From Promethearchaeati archaeon (GTDB lineage Archaea > Asgardarchaeota > Heimdallarchaeia > Heimdallarchaeales > Heimdallarchaeaceae), in assembly GCA_013166775.1 (NCBI GenBank), contig JABLTJ010000005.1, positions 139 through 64,138 of the forward strand: 64,000 nucleotides of DNA, given 5' to 3'. A program made the translations under genes and the position numbers. The notes under the pieces were generated by a model, which was given only the letters and a program-made list of their open reading frames with translations, made no database searches and was not told the DNA's origin. Below, piece by piece: positions 9,712 through 20,069 of the stretch (its first letter is position 1; the number at the start of each line of letters is the position of its first letter).

Positions 9712-10962
9712 ATGATTACAATAACTAAGATTGTTGCAAGAGAAATATTGGATTCGAGAGGTAATCCAACAGTAGAAGTTGATGTATATACCTCTAATGG
9801 TTTTGGAAGAGCTATAGTTCCATCAGGAGCTTCAACAGGGGAACATGAAGCTTTGGAATTAAGAGATAAGAATGATCGTTTCTTGGGTAAAGGTGTTCTG
9901 AAAGCTTTAGATAATATCAATACAAGAATTGCTCCAAACCTAATAAGCAAAGATGTCACTAAACAAAAAGAAATTGATCAGTTAATGCTTGATTTGGATG
10001 GAACTGATAATAAGTCAAATCTTGGAGCAAATGCTATGCTTGGTGTATCACTTGCGGTTTGTAATGCGGCTGCTAATAGCCTTAATTTACCTACCTACAA
10101 ATATCTTAATGAAAATGCAAAAACTTTGCCAGTTCCAATGCTTAATGTTATCAATGGTGGAAAACATGCAGGAGGATATCTGAAAATTCAAGAGTTTATG
10201 CTTATACCTCACGGTTTCAACTGCTATAGTGATGCTATTCGTGCTGGTTGTGAAGTTTACCAAGTTTTGAAAAATAATCTGAAAAAATTTGGTCCTTCAG
10301 CAATCAATTTAGGAGATGAAGGAGGATTCGGAAGTCCAGTTGATACTGCACCTGAAGCTCTTGATATGTTAGTTGAAGCTATAGAAGATGCTGGATATAA
10401 ACCTGGAGAACAAATATCTATTGGATTAGATTCTGCAGCTTCTGAATTTTTCGAAAACTCTCAATATGAGGTTGATGGAAAGAAATTGACTGGTAGTGAG
10501 TTTGTAAATTACTATGTCAATTTAGTAGATAAATACCCAATAATTTCAATTGAAGATCCATTTGATGAAAATGATTTCGAGTCTTTTGCTGAACTCCATG
10601 CCAAAGTACCCAAAATATCTGTAGTTGCAGATGATTTAACTGTAACTAATCCAAAGAGAATACAGATGGCAATTGAGAAGAAAGCTGCAAATTATCTCTT
10701 ACTTAAAGTCAATCAAATCGGAACATTAACTGAATCTATAGAAGCAGCTAATCTAGCAAGAGATAATGGTTGGGGAATTAATATCTCCCATAGATCTGGA
10801 GAAACAGAAGATACTTTCATAGCTGATTTAGCTGTAGCTATTGGAGCCGAAAGAATAAAAACAGGTGCTCCAGCGAGAGGAGAACGTACTGCAAAATATA
10901 ATCAATTATTACGTATTGAAGAACAGTTGGGAAACAAAGCAAACTATCTTGGAACCAAATGA
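9712..10962 (+). CDS. eno: enolase (phosphopyruvate hydratase)
   Basis: The motifs AREILDSRGNPTVEVDV, SGASTGEHEALELRD, IEDPFDENDF, LLLKVNQIGTLTE and SHRSGETED are all present. The ORF-track GTG at 9682 adds 10 atypical residues, so ATG at 9712 is the likely start. Confidence 0.95.
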   Translation: MITITKIVAREILDSRGNPTVEVDVYTSNGFGRAIVPSGASTGEHEALELRDKNDRFLGKGVLKALDNINTRIAPNLISKDVTKQKEIDQLMLDLDGTDNKSNLGANAMLGVSLAVCNAAANSLNLPTYKYLNENAKTLPVPMLNVINGGKHAGGYLKIQEFMLIPHGFNCYSDAIRAGCEVYQVLKNNLKKFGPSAINLGDEGGFGSPVDTAPEALDMLVEAIEDAGYKPGEQISIGLDSAASEFFENSQYEVDGKKLTGSEFVNYYVNLVDKYPIISIEDPFDENDFESFAELHAKVPKISVVADDLTVTNPKRIQMAIEKKAANYLLLKVNQIGTLTESIEAANLARDNGWGINISHRSGETEDTFIADLAVAIGAERIKTGAPARGERTAKYNQLLRIEEQLGNKANYLGTK

Positions 10963-11036
10963 TTGGTTTCAACTTATTTTTCTATTTTTATGGACAATAT
11001 TTTTGAACATCGTTTGATTTCTAAAATTAGAAATAA

Positions 11037-12554
11037 ATGAATAGTGCGTATGAATCTTTGTTGGATAATTATCAAGAAGTACAACTTTTAGGATCAATTA
11101 GTGGTGTTCTTTACTGGGACTTAAACACCCATATACCTCCTGCGGCAGTAGAACATCGATCTAAGCAATTTCAGTATTTAAGTCGGAAAATACATGGTTT
11201 AATAACAGATCCAGATATGGGAACTTTATTAGAAGCATGTGAAAAAGACTCTTCTCTTAATGATTTGCAGAAACGAAATATTGAGCTGCTTAGACGAGCA
11301 TATGATGACAGAACAATTCTTCCTACAGAATTAGTTGGAAAACTTGCTGCACAATCGAACAAGACTTTAGAAATATGGAAAAAAGCTAAGAAAAAATCAG
11401 ATTTTCAGATGGTTCTTCCTGATTTAGAAAAACTATTTGCTCTTAATGTGGAATCCACATCCCTTTTGGCTAAATCAAAAGACATGGATGATCCTTTTGA
11501 TGCTTTAATAGATAGTAGAGATAAAGGATTTAGTGTCAATAACCTCACTAAGCTTTTTGATGAGATGAAATCATTTCTCGTACCTTTTATCAAAAAATGC
11601 AAAGAATCAGGTGTAAAACCTGATAGATCCTTTCTTAACAGAATTGTATCTCGTTCGACTCAAGTTCAAATGGTAGAGAATCTTGCTAAATTCTTGGAAT
11701 ATGACTTCTATTCAGATAATGCAGTTGGTAATATTGCTGAAGTCGAACACCCTCTTACTATTGGTGGTGGTTTTAAAGATGTTAGAGTCACTGTAAAGTA
11801 TCATGAGAAAAATGTTCTATCTGCTTTTCTAGCTGGGGCTCATGAGTGTGGTCATGCAATTCATAGCTTACAGGGAAAGGAAGAGTGGTATAATCAACCC
11901 ATCTATCGAATGTCTTCACCAAGCTTTGGTGAATCACAATCGAGGTTCTTGGAGAATGTTATTGCTAGCTCAAAAGAATTCTGGTCTTATTATTATCCAC
12001 AATTTCAAAAAGATACAATAAGTGTTTTCAATGACATTTCAATTGAAGATTTCAATTTTGCTCTTAATGCTGTAACTCCAGGTTTCATAAGGATTCAAGC
12101 TGATGAAGTAACTTATATTCTGCACATCATAATTCGTTTTGAAATAGAAAGAGATTGGTTTGCAGGAAAATTAGAAGCTAAAGATTTACCTCAGATTTGG
12201 AATGAAAAATACTCAGAATACTTAGGAGTGGATGTTCCTAATGATACTCTAGGATTAATGCAAGATTTACACTGGTATAGCCAGTATTACGGTTACTTTT
12301 TCGGTTATGGAATAGGAGACCTAATCTCATCTCAACTAACAGCTAAAATGTCTAAAGATTTTCCTGATTGGAGAACTTCTCTAGAAAACGGCAAATTCAC
12401 TCCAATTCGTCAATGGCTTAAAATGAATGTACATCAAAGAGGTGGAACTTTAGATTGTCTTGACATGGTCAAAGAAATTACAGGAGAGGAACTAACACCT
12501 AAATATCATATTAAGTATCTAGAAGAGAAATTTTCGTCGCTCTACCATCTTTAA
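11037..12554 (+). CDS. M32 family carboxypeptidase (carboxypeptidase Taq-like)
   Basis: 505 aa with HECGH (HExxH), EHPLT (HPF-like), DVRVT, IRIQADEVTY and GLMQDLHW, the set of M32 signature motifs. Confidence 0.9.
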   Translation: MNSAYESLLDNYQEVQLLGSISGVLYWDLNTHIPPAAVEHRSKQFQYLSRKIHGLITDPDMGTLLEACEKDSSLNDLQKRNIELLRRAYDDRTILPTELVGKLAAQSNKTLEIWKKAKKKSDFQMVLPDLEKLFALNVESTSLLAKSKDMDDPFDALIDSRDKGFSVNNLTKLFDEMKSFLVPFIKKCKESGVKPDRSFLNRIVSRSTQVQMVENLAKFLEYDFYSDNAVGNIAEVEHPLTIGGGFKDVRVTVKYHEKNVLSAFLAGAHECGHAIHSLQGKEEWYNQPIYRMSSPSFGESQSRFLENVIASSKEFWSYYYPQFQKDTISVFNDISIEDFNFALNAVTPGFIRIQADEVTYILHIIIRFEIERDWFAGKLEAKDLPQIWNEKYSEYLGVDVPNDTLGLMQDLHWYSQYYGYFFGYGIGDLISSQLTAKMSKDFPDWRTSLENGKFTPIRQWLKMNVHQRGGTLDCLDMVKEITGEELTPKYHIKYLEEKFSSLYHL

Positions 12555-12611
12555 TTCTCTTTATTTCTGGACACAAATAATTTATAGACCAAATGCTTAC
12601 TTCAAATATCG

Positions 12612-13040
12612 ATGTCAGATATAGAAGACGAGTTACCTATCTTAGATACCATTTACTCTATTTTTAGAGATGCAACAAGAAGAAAAATACTTAGACTTTT
12701 AAGTTCCATGAAGCTAACTGCTGACGAACTAACAAAGGAATTGAATATATCTAGACCCGCAGTGGAAAAACACCTCAAGCAAATGCTGGAAATAGGGTTG
12801 ATTGAGAGAAAAGCAGATACTTATCCGACACTGAAATATATTTATACTATTCCAGAACCTGGTGTAGATCTGATTTCAAATATACAAGACTCAATTGAAA
12901 CTTTCATTGCATCGTTAATGGATGAATTCACAAGAAGACTCGAAAATGAAGAGCAAATGTATCTCCTAGGGATGTCTTCAAAAGAAAGATATGAAGCAAT
13001 TAAGGTGTCATATAATTCTATACTTGACAAATTAAAATGA
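12612..13040 (+). CDS. ArsR-family winged-helix transcriptional regulator
   Basis: 142 aa. DATRRKILRLLSSMKLTADELTKELNISRPAVEKHLKQMLEIGLIERK is a typical ArsR/SmtB HTH. Confidence 0.6.
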   Translation: MSDIEDELPILDTIYSIFRDATRRKILRLLSSMKLTADELTKELNISRPAVEKHLKQMLEIGLIERKADTYPTLKYIYTIPEPGVDLISNIQDSIETFIASLMDEFTRRLENEEQMYLLGMSSKERYEAIKVSYNSILDKLK

Positions 13041-13068
13041 AAATACTGATTCTTTTGAAGGTTTAAGA

Positions 13069-13560
13069 ATGCAAATCAAAGGAAGAAAATTTCTATCTAA
13101 AAGGGATAAGAAACTATTACAATTGAAACTATCTGAGACTTATGGAGAGTCAAAAGTAGATTTCATTCAGAAGACTGATAACTTAGAGGAAGCACGTGCT
13201 GATGAGGGTAAAGTTCTATTAAAAGAAGATAGAATATGGTTTTTTTCTTACAATGACTTGATTATACCATCAATTTATTGTTTACGGGAATCTTCAATGA
13301 AACTTCCCAAAGTAATCGTAGATGTAGGAGCTATTAGATTTATTACAAATGGAGCAGATGTTATGGCTCCAGGAGTTGTCTTTTTTGATGAAATCATACG
13401 TAAGAATGAAATAGTAACAATACATGAAGAAAAAGCTGAAACTATCATTGCAGTAGGAATGTCGCTAATAGATGCTCAAGAATTTGAGAAGACAAAAAAG
13501 GGAAAAGTCGTTAAAATGCTCCATTATCTGAAGGATAATATATGGAATTTTCAGCTCTAA
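13069..13560 (+). CDS. PUA-domain RNA-binding protein (MCT-1/Tma20-like)
   Basis: 163 aa. The C-terminal VIVDVGAIRFITNGADVMAPGV and AVGMSLIDAQE segments are a PUA signature preceded by a pre-PUA domain. Confidence 0.7.
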   Translation: MQIKGRKFLSKRDKKLLQLKLSETYGESKVDFIQKTDNLEEARADEGKVLLKEDRIWFFSYNDLIIPSIYCLRESSMKLPKVIVDVGAIRFITNGADVMAPGVVFFDEIIRKNEIVTIHEEKAETIIAVGMSLIDAQEFEKTKKGKVVKMLHYLKDNIWNFQL

Positions 13561-13562
13561 TA

Positions 13563-15506
13563 CTATCTTAAACGGATTGTTGTTCCATTAGGTGGAGCCA
13601 AGCTCTCTCTTTTAGTATTTTTGTAAATCCAAGATGCAAATTTAGATACTTTTGATTCTTCTCCGTGAATAACAATTACTCTTTCTGGTTTTGGTGTGAC
13701 TTTGTGTATATAGCTCTCAAGCTCCTTTCTATCACTGTGACCGGTGAATCCAGTAATACTGTGTATAGCCATTTCAATATGATACATTACTGTTTTACCA
13801 TTTTCAACCACTTGAATTTCAGTAATTCCTTTCTGGATTTTGCTCCCAAGTGTTCCTTTTCCTTGATAACTCACAAAGACTAAAGCGTTTCTTGGATCTT
13901 GACATAATGCTTTAAAGTACATCACACTTGGACCTCCATTAAGCATACCACTTGTTGCAACTATTATTGCAGGATCTCCATGCATGACCAATTCTCTCTC
14001 TTCCATTGATGCTATTTGTTTAATCTGTTCAGCAAGGAAAGGATTCTGACCAGCATGAAAGATTCTTTCTCTTAGAGCTTTCGAAAGAAATTCTGGATGT
14101 GCTGTAGTGATAGCAGATGCTTCTCTGATCATACCATCGGTATAAACTGGAATATTTGGAAGCTCACCATTCCTCATTAAACCTTCTAATACAACTAAGA
14201 TTTCTTGAGCCCTACCTACTGCAAGAACGGGGATTAATACTTTACCTCCTTTCTTTATTGAATCTAAAATTATATTTCTAAGTTGTTTTTCACATTCTAC
14301 TCTAGGTGGGAGTATATCCTGAGGTTTACCATATGTTGATTCAATGAATAAGGTTTCCAACCTTGGAAATCTTGAATTAGCAGCATCCAGTAGGTTAGAT
14401 TTTGCGAATTTTATGTCTTGCGCAAAAGCTAAGTTGTAGACACCTTCTCCTACATGTAGATGTGGTATAGCACTTCCAACGATGTGACCTGCATTATGAA
14501 AAGTCAAGCGAATATCCGGAGAAATATCTGTCACTTCACCATAGTCTAATACTATAGTGTGAAGAACCGATTCTATGATATCTTTTTTCTCATAAGGTAA
14601 TGTTTTACCTTCTTTGTTTGCCACATCTAAATAATCTATTTGAAGCATAGTCATTAGGTCTCGAGTTGGTCTTGTCGTATAAACTGCTCCGTTATAACCA
14701 TATTTGAATAGATAAGGAACGAAACCTGAGTGGTCTAAATGTGCATGTGATATCACAACAGCATCTAATTTTTCAACATCAAATTCTGGTAGATCGAATC
14801 TCGGAAAAGTGTTGTTTGGAGAATTGCTACCTACATTGATTCCGCAGTCAATCAAAATACTACTCTCCCCTGTTTGAAGCAGTGAACAACTTCTTCCTAC
14901 TTCTGCAAAGCCACCTAATGCAGTCACTCTAATTGTATCATCTCTATATATTATAGGTCTATGGATTCTATGACCTATTACTTTAAGTATCTCTTGTCTT
15001 TTTTTAGAATTTTCTTGATATAAATGTCTAATAGTTTTTATAACTCTCGATTCAATAGGTGGTGTTCTCATAACTCTAGGGCGCCAAAGAGTTTTGGCAA
15101 TGATAGAACGTAACATCTCACCTGATTTACCTATTATTACACCTGGTTTTAATGCTTCAATAATTACTTCCCCGACTAGTTCATCAAAATCGATTGTAGT
15201 TATTTCTCCTTCTTTACCTACTAATTCGTTAACTACAAATATAGTTTCATCCTTGGGTAATCTTACTTCTGGATCTGATCGAATAACAACCCTCTTTCGA
15301 AGTCTTTTTGCAAGTTCTTTTACAATTGTTTCATCATCTACTAGCACTCGGGGATTGCGAGAATAAACCGCTACTTCTGGTCCTTCAAATTCAATTTTAG
15401 ATATTTCAGAATTTTTAGGGAGTTCATCATGTATTTCTTTTATTGTTCGTTCTAATACTTCTTTATAGCTCAAGTTGTCCAACCCTTCATGTTTTATCTT
15501 AAACAA
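13563..15506 (-). CDS. archaeal CPSF1/FttA beta-CASP ribonuclease with KH domains
   Basis: 647 aa. It has N-terminal KH-like modules, the metallo-beta-lactamase motif VISHAHLDHSG, a beta-CASP region, and C-terminal GHSD and VIHGEE. Confidence 0.9.
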   Translation of the reverse strand: MFKIKHEGLDNLSYKEVLERTIKEIHDELPKNSEISKIEFEGPEVAVYSRNPRVLVDDETIVKELAKRLRKRVVIRSDPEVRLPKDETIFVVNELVGKEGEITTIDFDELVGEVIIEALKPGVIIGKSGEMLRSIIAKTLWRPRVMRTPPIESRVIKTIRHLYQENSKKRQEILKVIGHRIHRPIIYRDDTIRVTALGGFAEVGRSCSLLQTGESSILIDCGINVGSNSPNNTFPRFDLPEFDVEKLDAVVISHAHLDHSGFVPYLFKYGYNGAVYTTRPTRDLMTMLQIDYLDVANKEGKTLPYEKKDIIESVLHTIVLDYGEVTDISPDIRLTFHNAGHIVGSAIPHLHVGEGVYNLAFAQDIKFAKSNLLDAANSRFPRLETLFIESTYGKPQDILPPRVECEKQLRNIILDSIKKGGKVLIPVLAVGRAQEILVVLEGLMRNGELPNIPVYTDGMIREASAITTAHPEFLSKALRERIFHAGQNPFLAEQIKQIASMEERELVMHGDPAIIVATSGMLNGGPSVMYFKALCQDPRNALVFVSYQGKGTLGSKIQKGITEIQVVENGKTVMYHIEMAIHSITGFTGHSDRKELESYIHKVTPKPERVIVIHGEESKVSKFASWIYKNTKRESLAPPNGTTIRLR

Positions 15507-15642
15507 ATATATAGAAGAATAAGTCCTTATATTTGTGAATAATAAGAGTTAAAACTAATTTAAATCCTTAAACAGTATTTAAATACTTTTTGTTTATCTG
15601 GTTTTGTCTTCGAGATAAGAAAACCTAATTTAAGAACTTCTT

Positions 15643-16194
15643 CTACCAATTTTCTTCACGTAAATACCAGCCTCTATCCATAGGTTTTCGTTTATATTCA
15701 CTTATTATCACACTACTTGATTTAACATGATCTAGCTCAGAAGAATCGATTTTAGCTCTGCCTATTCCGTAATGTAGATCGTTTTCACCAATTACTATGA
15801 GATAATCATTTTTATTAAAATCTGATTCTATTTTCTCAATATTAGTTACAAAAATCGGTTTTCCGTAAAGAAATTGTCTTGTTTTGACACTTAGTATTTT
15901 TTTTGTTAAGGGTAAAACTAATGTTGCCCCTTCTATCTCAAGTAAAAATCCTTTATCTGAAAAACTTCCTAAGGGTATTCCAGCCGTGTAAATGTCTTCT
16001 TCAATCCTCCTAAGCATTTCACTCACCTCCAGTGGGACGGCGTATACTTCTTTCACTTTTCCTTCTCTAATCCAAAGAATTAAATTTTCAAGAGCAGAAA
16101 GAGACAAAGCGCCAAATTGATTTTTAATAAATCTGAAAATTTGTTCTTCTTCTTCAAGAGATGCTCTTCTGAACTTCAATTGTTTCTCTCTCAT
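15643..16194 (-). CDS. Nip7-like ribosome biogenesis protein (PUA domain)
   Basis: 183 aa. LKFRRASLEEEEQIF and VYAVPLEV resemble the archaeal Nip7 N-domain, and the C-terminal LIVIGENDLHYGIGRAKI is PUA-like. It starts at the stop of the upstream Nop2/Sun gene (16194). Confidence 0.65.
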   Translation of the reverse strand: MREKQLKFRRASLEEEEQIFRFIKNQFGALSLSALENLILWIREGKVKEVYAVPLEVSEMLRRIEEDIYTAGIPLGSFSDKGFLLEIEGATLVLPLTKKILSVKTRQFLYGKPIFVTNIEKIESDFNKNDYLIVIGENDLHYGIGRAKIDSSELDHVKSSSVIISEYKRKPMDRGWYLREENW

Positions 16195-17156
16195 TATAAT
16201 TTCACCATCTTCGCAATAAAAAATCCTTCACCACTTGTTTTGTGAGGGTAAAGTCTTCTTGTTTTAGCTATTTGTGGATTTATATTATAATCTTCAAAAT
16301 CTATTATCCCTGGATTTCCTTCCAAATCTATTTCAACAAGCTGTACAGTTTCTTGCTCTAGTATCTTTGATATAACTAATTCATTTTCTTCGGGTTCTAA
16401 CGAGCATGTGCAATAAACTAATTCACCCCCTGGTTTTACTGTTTTTATTGTTTCAGAGAGTAAAGATACTTGATTGCTGTGATAGTTCATTATATCAACT
16501 CTGCTTTTGGATTGCTTTCTTGATTTATCTGTAACAATAATTCCAGAACCTGAACATGGCGCATCAAGAAGCACCTTATCAAATGCTAGCTTAAGTGAAG
16601 AAATTCTTTTAGAATCCATGTTAATAATAATTGTATTTCTCACTCCCATCCTTGCAAGATTTGAACGCAAAATGCGACATCTGTTTGTACTTATTTCAGA
16701 AGCTAAAATAGTACCTTCATTTTCCATAAGCTGTGCTAGGTGCGAAGTTTTTCCCCCCGGTGCTGCTGCAAAATCCCCTATAAGCTCACCCTTCTTAGGA
16801 TTTAGAATTCTTGAAGGATACAATGAATTCTTACCTTGTAGCATATAATATCCATTGAGATATTCAGTTGTAGCTCCAATAGGTACTGATGATTTTACTA
16901 TTCTTTTTCCTTCGGGCAAACCCTCAATGTCCTCTAGTTCAACTCCTTTCTTTTCGAGTAGTAATTTTATCTGTGGAATTGGTATTCGTAAAGAATTGAG
17001 CCTAATAACTTTGTGAAGTTTTCGTTCATTAAAATACAGTAGTTTCTTTGTTTCTGCTTCTCCTATCATCTCTATAAAACGTTCAATCATATATCTCTGG
17101 TAACCATATTGGTCCCCAAGATTGAAAGTATCGCTGTGAGAGTTAGAAGAACTCAT
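16194..17156 (-). CDS. NOL1/NOP2/Sun-family RNA (cytosine-C5)-methyltransferase
   Basis: 320 aa. Motifs: DFAAAPGGKTSHLAQLM, LLDAPCSGSG and VYCTCSLEPEENE. Confidence 0.85.
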   Translation of the reverse strand: MSSSNSHSDTFNLGDQYGYQRYMIERFIEMIGEAETKKLLYFNERKLHKVIRLNSLRIPIPQIKLLLEKKGVELEDIEGLPEGKRIVKSSVPIGATTEYLNGYYMLQGKNSLYPSRILNPKKGELIGDFAAAPGGKTSHLAQLMENEGTILASEISTNRCRILRSNLARMGVRNTIIINMDSKRISSLKLAFDKVLLDAPCSGSGIIVTDKSRKQSKSRVDIMNYHSNQVSLLSETIKTVKPGGELVYCTCSLEPEENELVISKILEQETVQLVEIDLEGNPGIIDFEDYNINPQIAKTRRLYPHKTSGEGFFIAKMVKL

Positions 17157-17271
17157 ACTTATCTAATTTTATTGTAAAAAGATAATAATTGTTGTGGTTT
17201 ATCGTATTCTATTTTATTTTGTAAATAGAGAAACTAAATAAACCCTATTTATTTATGTTTAGTGAAGATTT

Positions 17272-18075
17272 ATGATAATACCAATATTATGGTCTACACT
17301 TGCTGTTTTTGGTCTCTTCATAATTTTCTACTTTATTGGATTTATGCAAAAAAGTTTCAATACAGTAGATATTGCTTATGGGACTAGTTTTATTCTTGCA
17401 TCTATTGTAGTTTGGATTTTAAGTGAGAGTGCCTTCCTAATTGAAAGAAAAATCCTTGTAACTGGATTAGTAATTCTTTGGGGAATACGAATAGCAGTTT
17501 TCTTGACTATAAGGAAATTTGGTAAAGACGAAGATACTGGAGAAGATCGAAGGTTTAAGAAACTAAGAGATGAATGGGGAAAATCACTCTGGTGGAGAGG
17601 TTTGTTAACTGTTTATGTCTCCCAAGTGATTTTAGTTATTCTCATTGGACTTCCAGTTCTTGTTGTTAATGCTAATCCCCTTTTAGAAAGAGGGTGGTTA
17701 GTAACCGATTATATTGGCATAGGTATCTGGGTTCTAGGTTTCATCTTTGAATTCACTGCTGATTTACAAATGCTAATTTTCAAGAAAAAACCAGAAAATA
17801 AAGGAAAAATTATGATAAAAGGACTATGGAAATACAGTCGTCATCCAAATTACTTTGGAGAAATAACAATGTGGTTTGGTTTGTTCGTAATTGCACTATA
17901 TGAGTTCAGAGCATGGAATATTTTATCCATAATCGGTCCAATTGTAATTGCTTTAATTTTAGTATTTGTATCAGGATTACCTTTAGCTGAAAGACGGTAC
18001 AAGAATAATAAAGAATATCAAGATTATAAACAACGAACTAGTGCAATAATACCTTGGAAACCAAAGAAGGAATAA
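17272..18075 (+). CDS. DUF1295 / steroid-5-alpha-reductase-like membrane protein
   Basis: 267 aa, multi-TM. GLWKYSRHPNYFGE is the DUF1295/ICMT-like signature. Confidence 0.7.
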   Translation: MIIPILWSTLAVFGLFIIFYFIGFMQKSFNTVDIAYGTSFILASIVVWILSESAFLIERKILVTGLVILWGIRIAVFLTIRKFGKDEDTGEDRRFKKLRDEWGKSLWWRGLLTVYVSQVILVILIGLPVLVVNANPLLERGWLVTDYIGIGIWVLGFIFEFTADLQMLIFKKKPENKGKIMIKGLWKYSRHPNYFGEITMWFGLFVIALYEFRAWNILSIIGPIVIALILVFVSGLPLAERRYKNNKEYQDYKQRTSAIIPWKPKKE

Positions 18076-18495
18076 TTCCTTCCTTCTTATCATTTATTTC
18101 ACTTCTTTTCTTCTTCTGTTTTTTTGCAAACCAAAGAAAGACAGTATTGGTTCTTTTCTTATATTCCTGAAATTCAGGATTGTTCTCGTATTTCTTTTCC
18201 AATAAAGGAATTCCAGAAATCTGTGATGAAAAACGGAGCTAAAGTTAGAATCACATAAACGAAATCATAAGTTGTATCCATTATGGCATTGCTCTTTATA
18301 GTGTATGAAATAAAATATACAAAGTGAATAAAACTTAACACAGATTCTGCAGGGATAATGAAATTAACCACAAATCCATATCAATGAACTAGAAGAAATT
18401 TTAATGATTTTAGACGTCTTTGGTTAGACAACAATGCTTTATGAAGAAAAAAAGAGGAATCCCTTTAATATAAGCTGACAAAGAATTCTATTATA

Positions 18496-19566
18496 ATGAC
18501 TGGTGTAATAAATGAATTCAAGCATGTAGAGATGCCCCAGCTTCTGTCTCTCGGAACAGATATGATACAAAGTTTACCTGAAATAATTGATAAACTATCA
18601 CTCAAAAAAAATTGTCTTCTCATTACAGATAAATTTCTTAAAGATAAATATGCTAAGATTACAAAGGAAATTTTAGAAGATCATGGGAAGTTCAGAGTCG
18701 TTTTGTCTACAATCGAGGATAGTACTTTAGAAGAAGCAGATAAGCAAATCATCCTCTTAAATGAGGTGAAAACTGACTTTGTAATTGGTTTAGGTGGAGG
18801 AAAACCAATCGATGTAGCAAAATTAACTTCTTTTAAGGCTAATCAAAGGTTTATATCCATACCAACAATTGCAAGTCATGATGGAATAGCTAGCTCTAGA
18901 GCTTCGTTAAAAGGAATACAAGAAAGACACTCAATTCAAGCTCGACCTCCGATTGCTGTAGTAGCCGATACTACTATTTTAGATAATTCTCCATTTAGGT
19001 TTACTTCCTCTGGTTGCGGAGATATAATAGCTAAACAGACCTCTCTTAAAGATTGGTTATTAGCTCATCGATTGAAAAATGAACCCATCTCTCCTACTTC
19101 TATTGCTCTTGCGGAAATGACTGTAAAATTAGTGATTCAATATGCAGATCTAATTAAAAGCAAAACAGAAGGATATAGTCGAATAGTAATGAATTCACTA
19201 ATTGGGAGCTCCTTGGCAATGTGTGTGGCTGGATCTTCAAGACCAGGAAGTGGTTCTGAACACATGTTCAGCCACGCTCTAGATTCTATTTTAGAAAGAC
19301 CAGCATTACATGGAGAACAATGTGCACTTGGATCTCTAATGATGGCATATCTTCATGATCTTGACTGGGAAGAAATCAAAACTACAATGCTAAAATTAAA
19401 TCTACCAGTTAAAGCTAAAGATCTTAATATAACAGATGACGATATAATAAAAGCTCTGAAAATAGCACATACGATAAGACCAGAGAGATATACGATTTTA
19501 GGCAAAGATGGCTTAACTCATGAGGCTGCAGTAAGTGTAGCAGAGAAAACTGGGGTCATAGATTAA
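18496..19566 (+). CDS. egsA: sn-glycerol-1-phosphate dehydrogenase
   Basis: 356 aa. GLGGGKPIDVAK, ISIPTIASHDGIASSRAS and GCGDIIAK..DW are characteristic of the archaeal G1PDH (Fe-ADH fold). Confidence 0.85.
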   Translation: MTGVINEFKHVEMPQLLSLGTDMIQSLPEIIDKLSLKKNCLLITDKFLKDKYAKITKEILEDHGKFRVVLSTIEDSTLEEADKQIILLNEVKTDFVIGLGGGKPIDVAKLTSFKANQRFISIPTIASHDGIASSRASLKGIQERHSIQARPPIAVVADTTILDNSPFRFTSSGCGDIIAKQTSLKDWLLAHRLKNEPISPTSIALAEMTVKLVIQYADLIKSKTEGYSRIVMNSLIGSSLAMCVAGSSRPGSGSEHMFSHALDSILERPALHGEQCALGSLMMAYLHDLDWEEIKTTMLKLNLPVKAKDLNITDDDIIKALKIAHTIRPERYTILGKDGLTHEAAVSVAEKTGVID

Positions 19567-19616
19567 TTATCACCATTCTCAAGATTAAAAAACAGAATCA
19601 AAGAAGACTACCTGAA

Positions 19617-20054
19617 ATGGTTATCACATTAGTACCAAAAGACGTTGCTGATATAGGATATCAGTTTACACATTTAGGGAAAACTAAAATCTGTAACCAA
19701 TGCTCTCTTCTGAAAGTTTGTGTTGACGCGTTGAAAGAGAATTTTTCGTATACAGTAACTGAGGTTAGAGAAAAAGAACACGTGTGCTTAATTGATGATC
19801 AAATAATGATTGTATGTAATGTGGAAGAGACAAGTGACATTATTTCAGTAAGGAAACAGAAATTTCTGAAAAACATAGTGCTAAGCAGAGAATTACTGAT
19901 CTGCAACGAAATACTGTGTAAGTACTATGAGAATTGTATGTCTCCTGTTTATAGTAAACAAGAAAAAGTCAAAATAATAAATATAATTGAAGATATCAAG
20001 TGCCCATTAAAATACGATTTGGTTCTTGTTGAGGCTGAAAAAATATCCAATTGA
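19617..20054 (+). CDS. UPF0179-family cysteine-rich protein
   Basis: 145 aa. ITLVPKDVADIGYQFTHLG...CNQCSLLKVC...YTVTEVREKEHVC matches my memory of the archaeal UPF0179 family. Confidence 0.6.
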   Translation: MVITLVPKDVADIGYQFTHLGKTKICNQCSLLKVCVDALKENFSYTVTEVREKEHVCLIDDQIMIVCNVEETSDIISVRKQKFLKNIVLSRELLICNEILCKYYENCMSPVYSKQEKVKIINIIEDIKCPLKYDLVLVEAEKISN

Positions 20055-20069
20055 ATTGTAATGAGAGTT

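Noticed and set aside
18222-18228. C-box-like GTGATGA, which might mark a C/D-box sRNA
   Set aside because: There is no CUGA D or D' box, and no terminal stem within the following 70 nt on the same strand.
18174-18371. 65-aa minus-strand ORF in the 420-nt gap before egsA
   Set aside because: It has a GTG start without a Shine-Dalgarno-like motif, and its first ATG is at codon 31. Its hydrophobic composition is expected from T-rich antisense sequence. I cannot support it as a gene.
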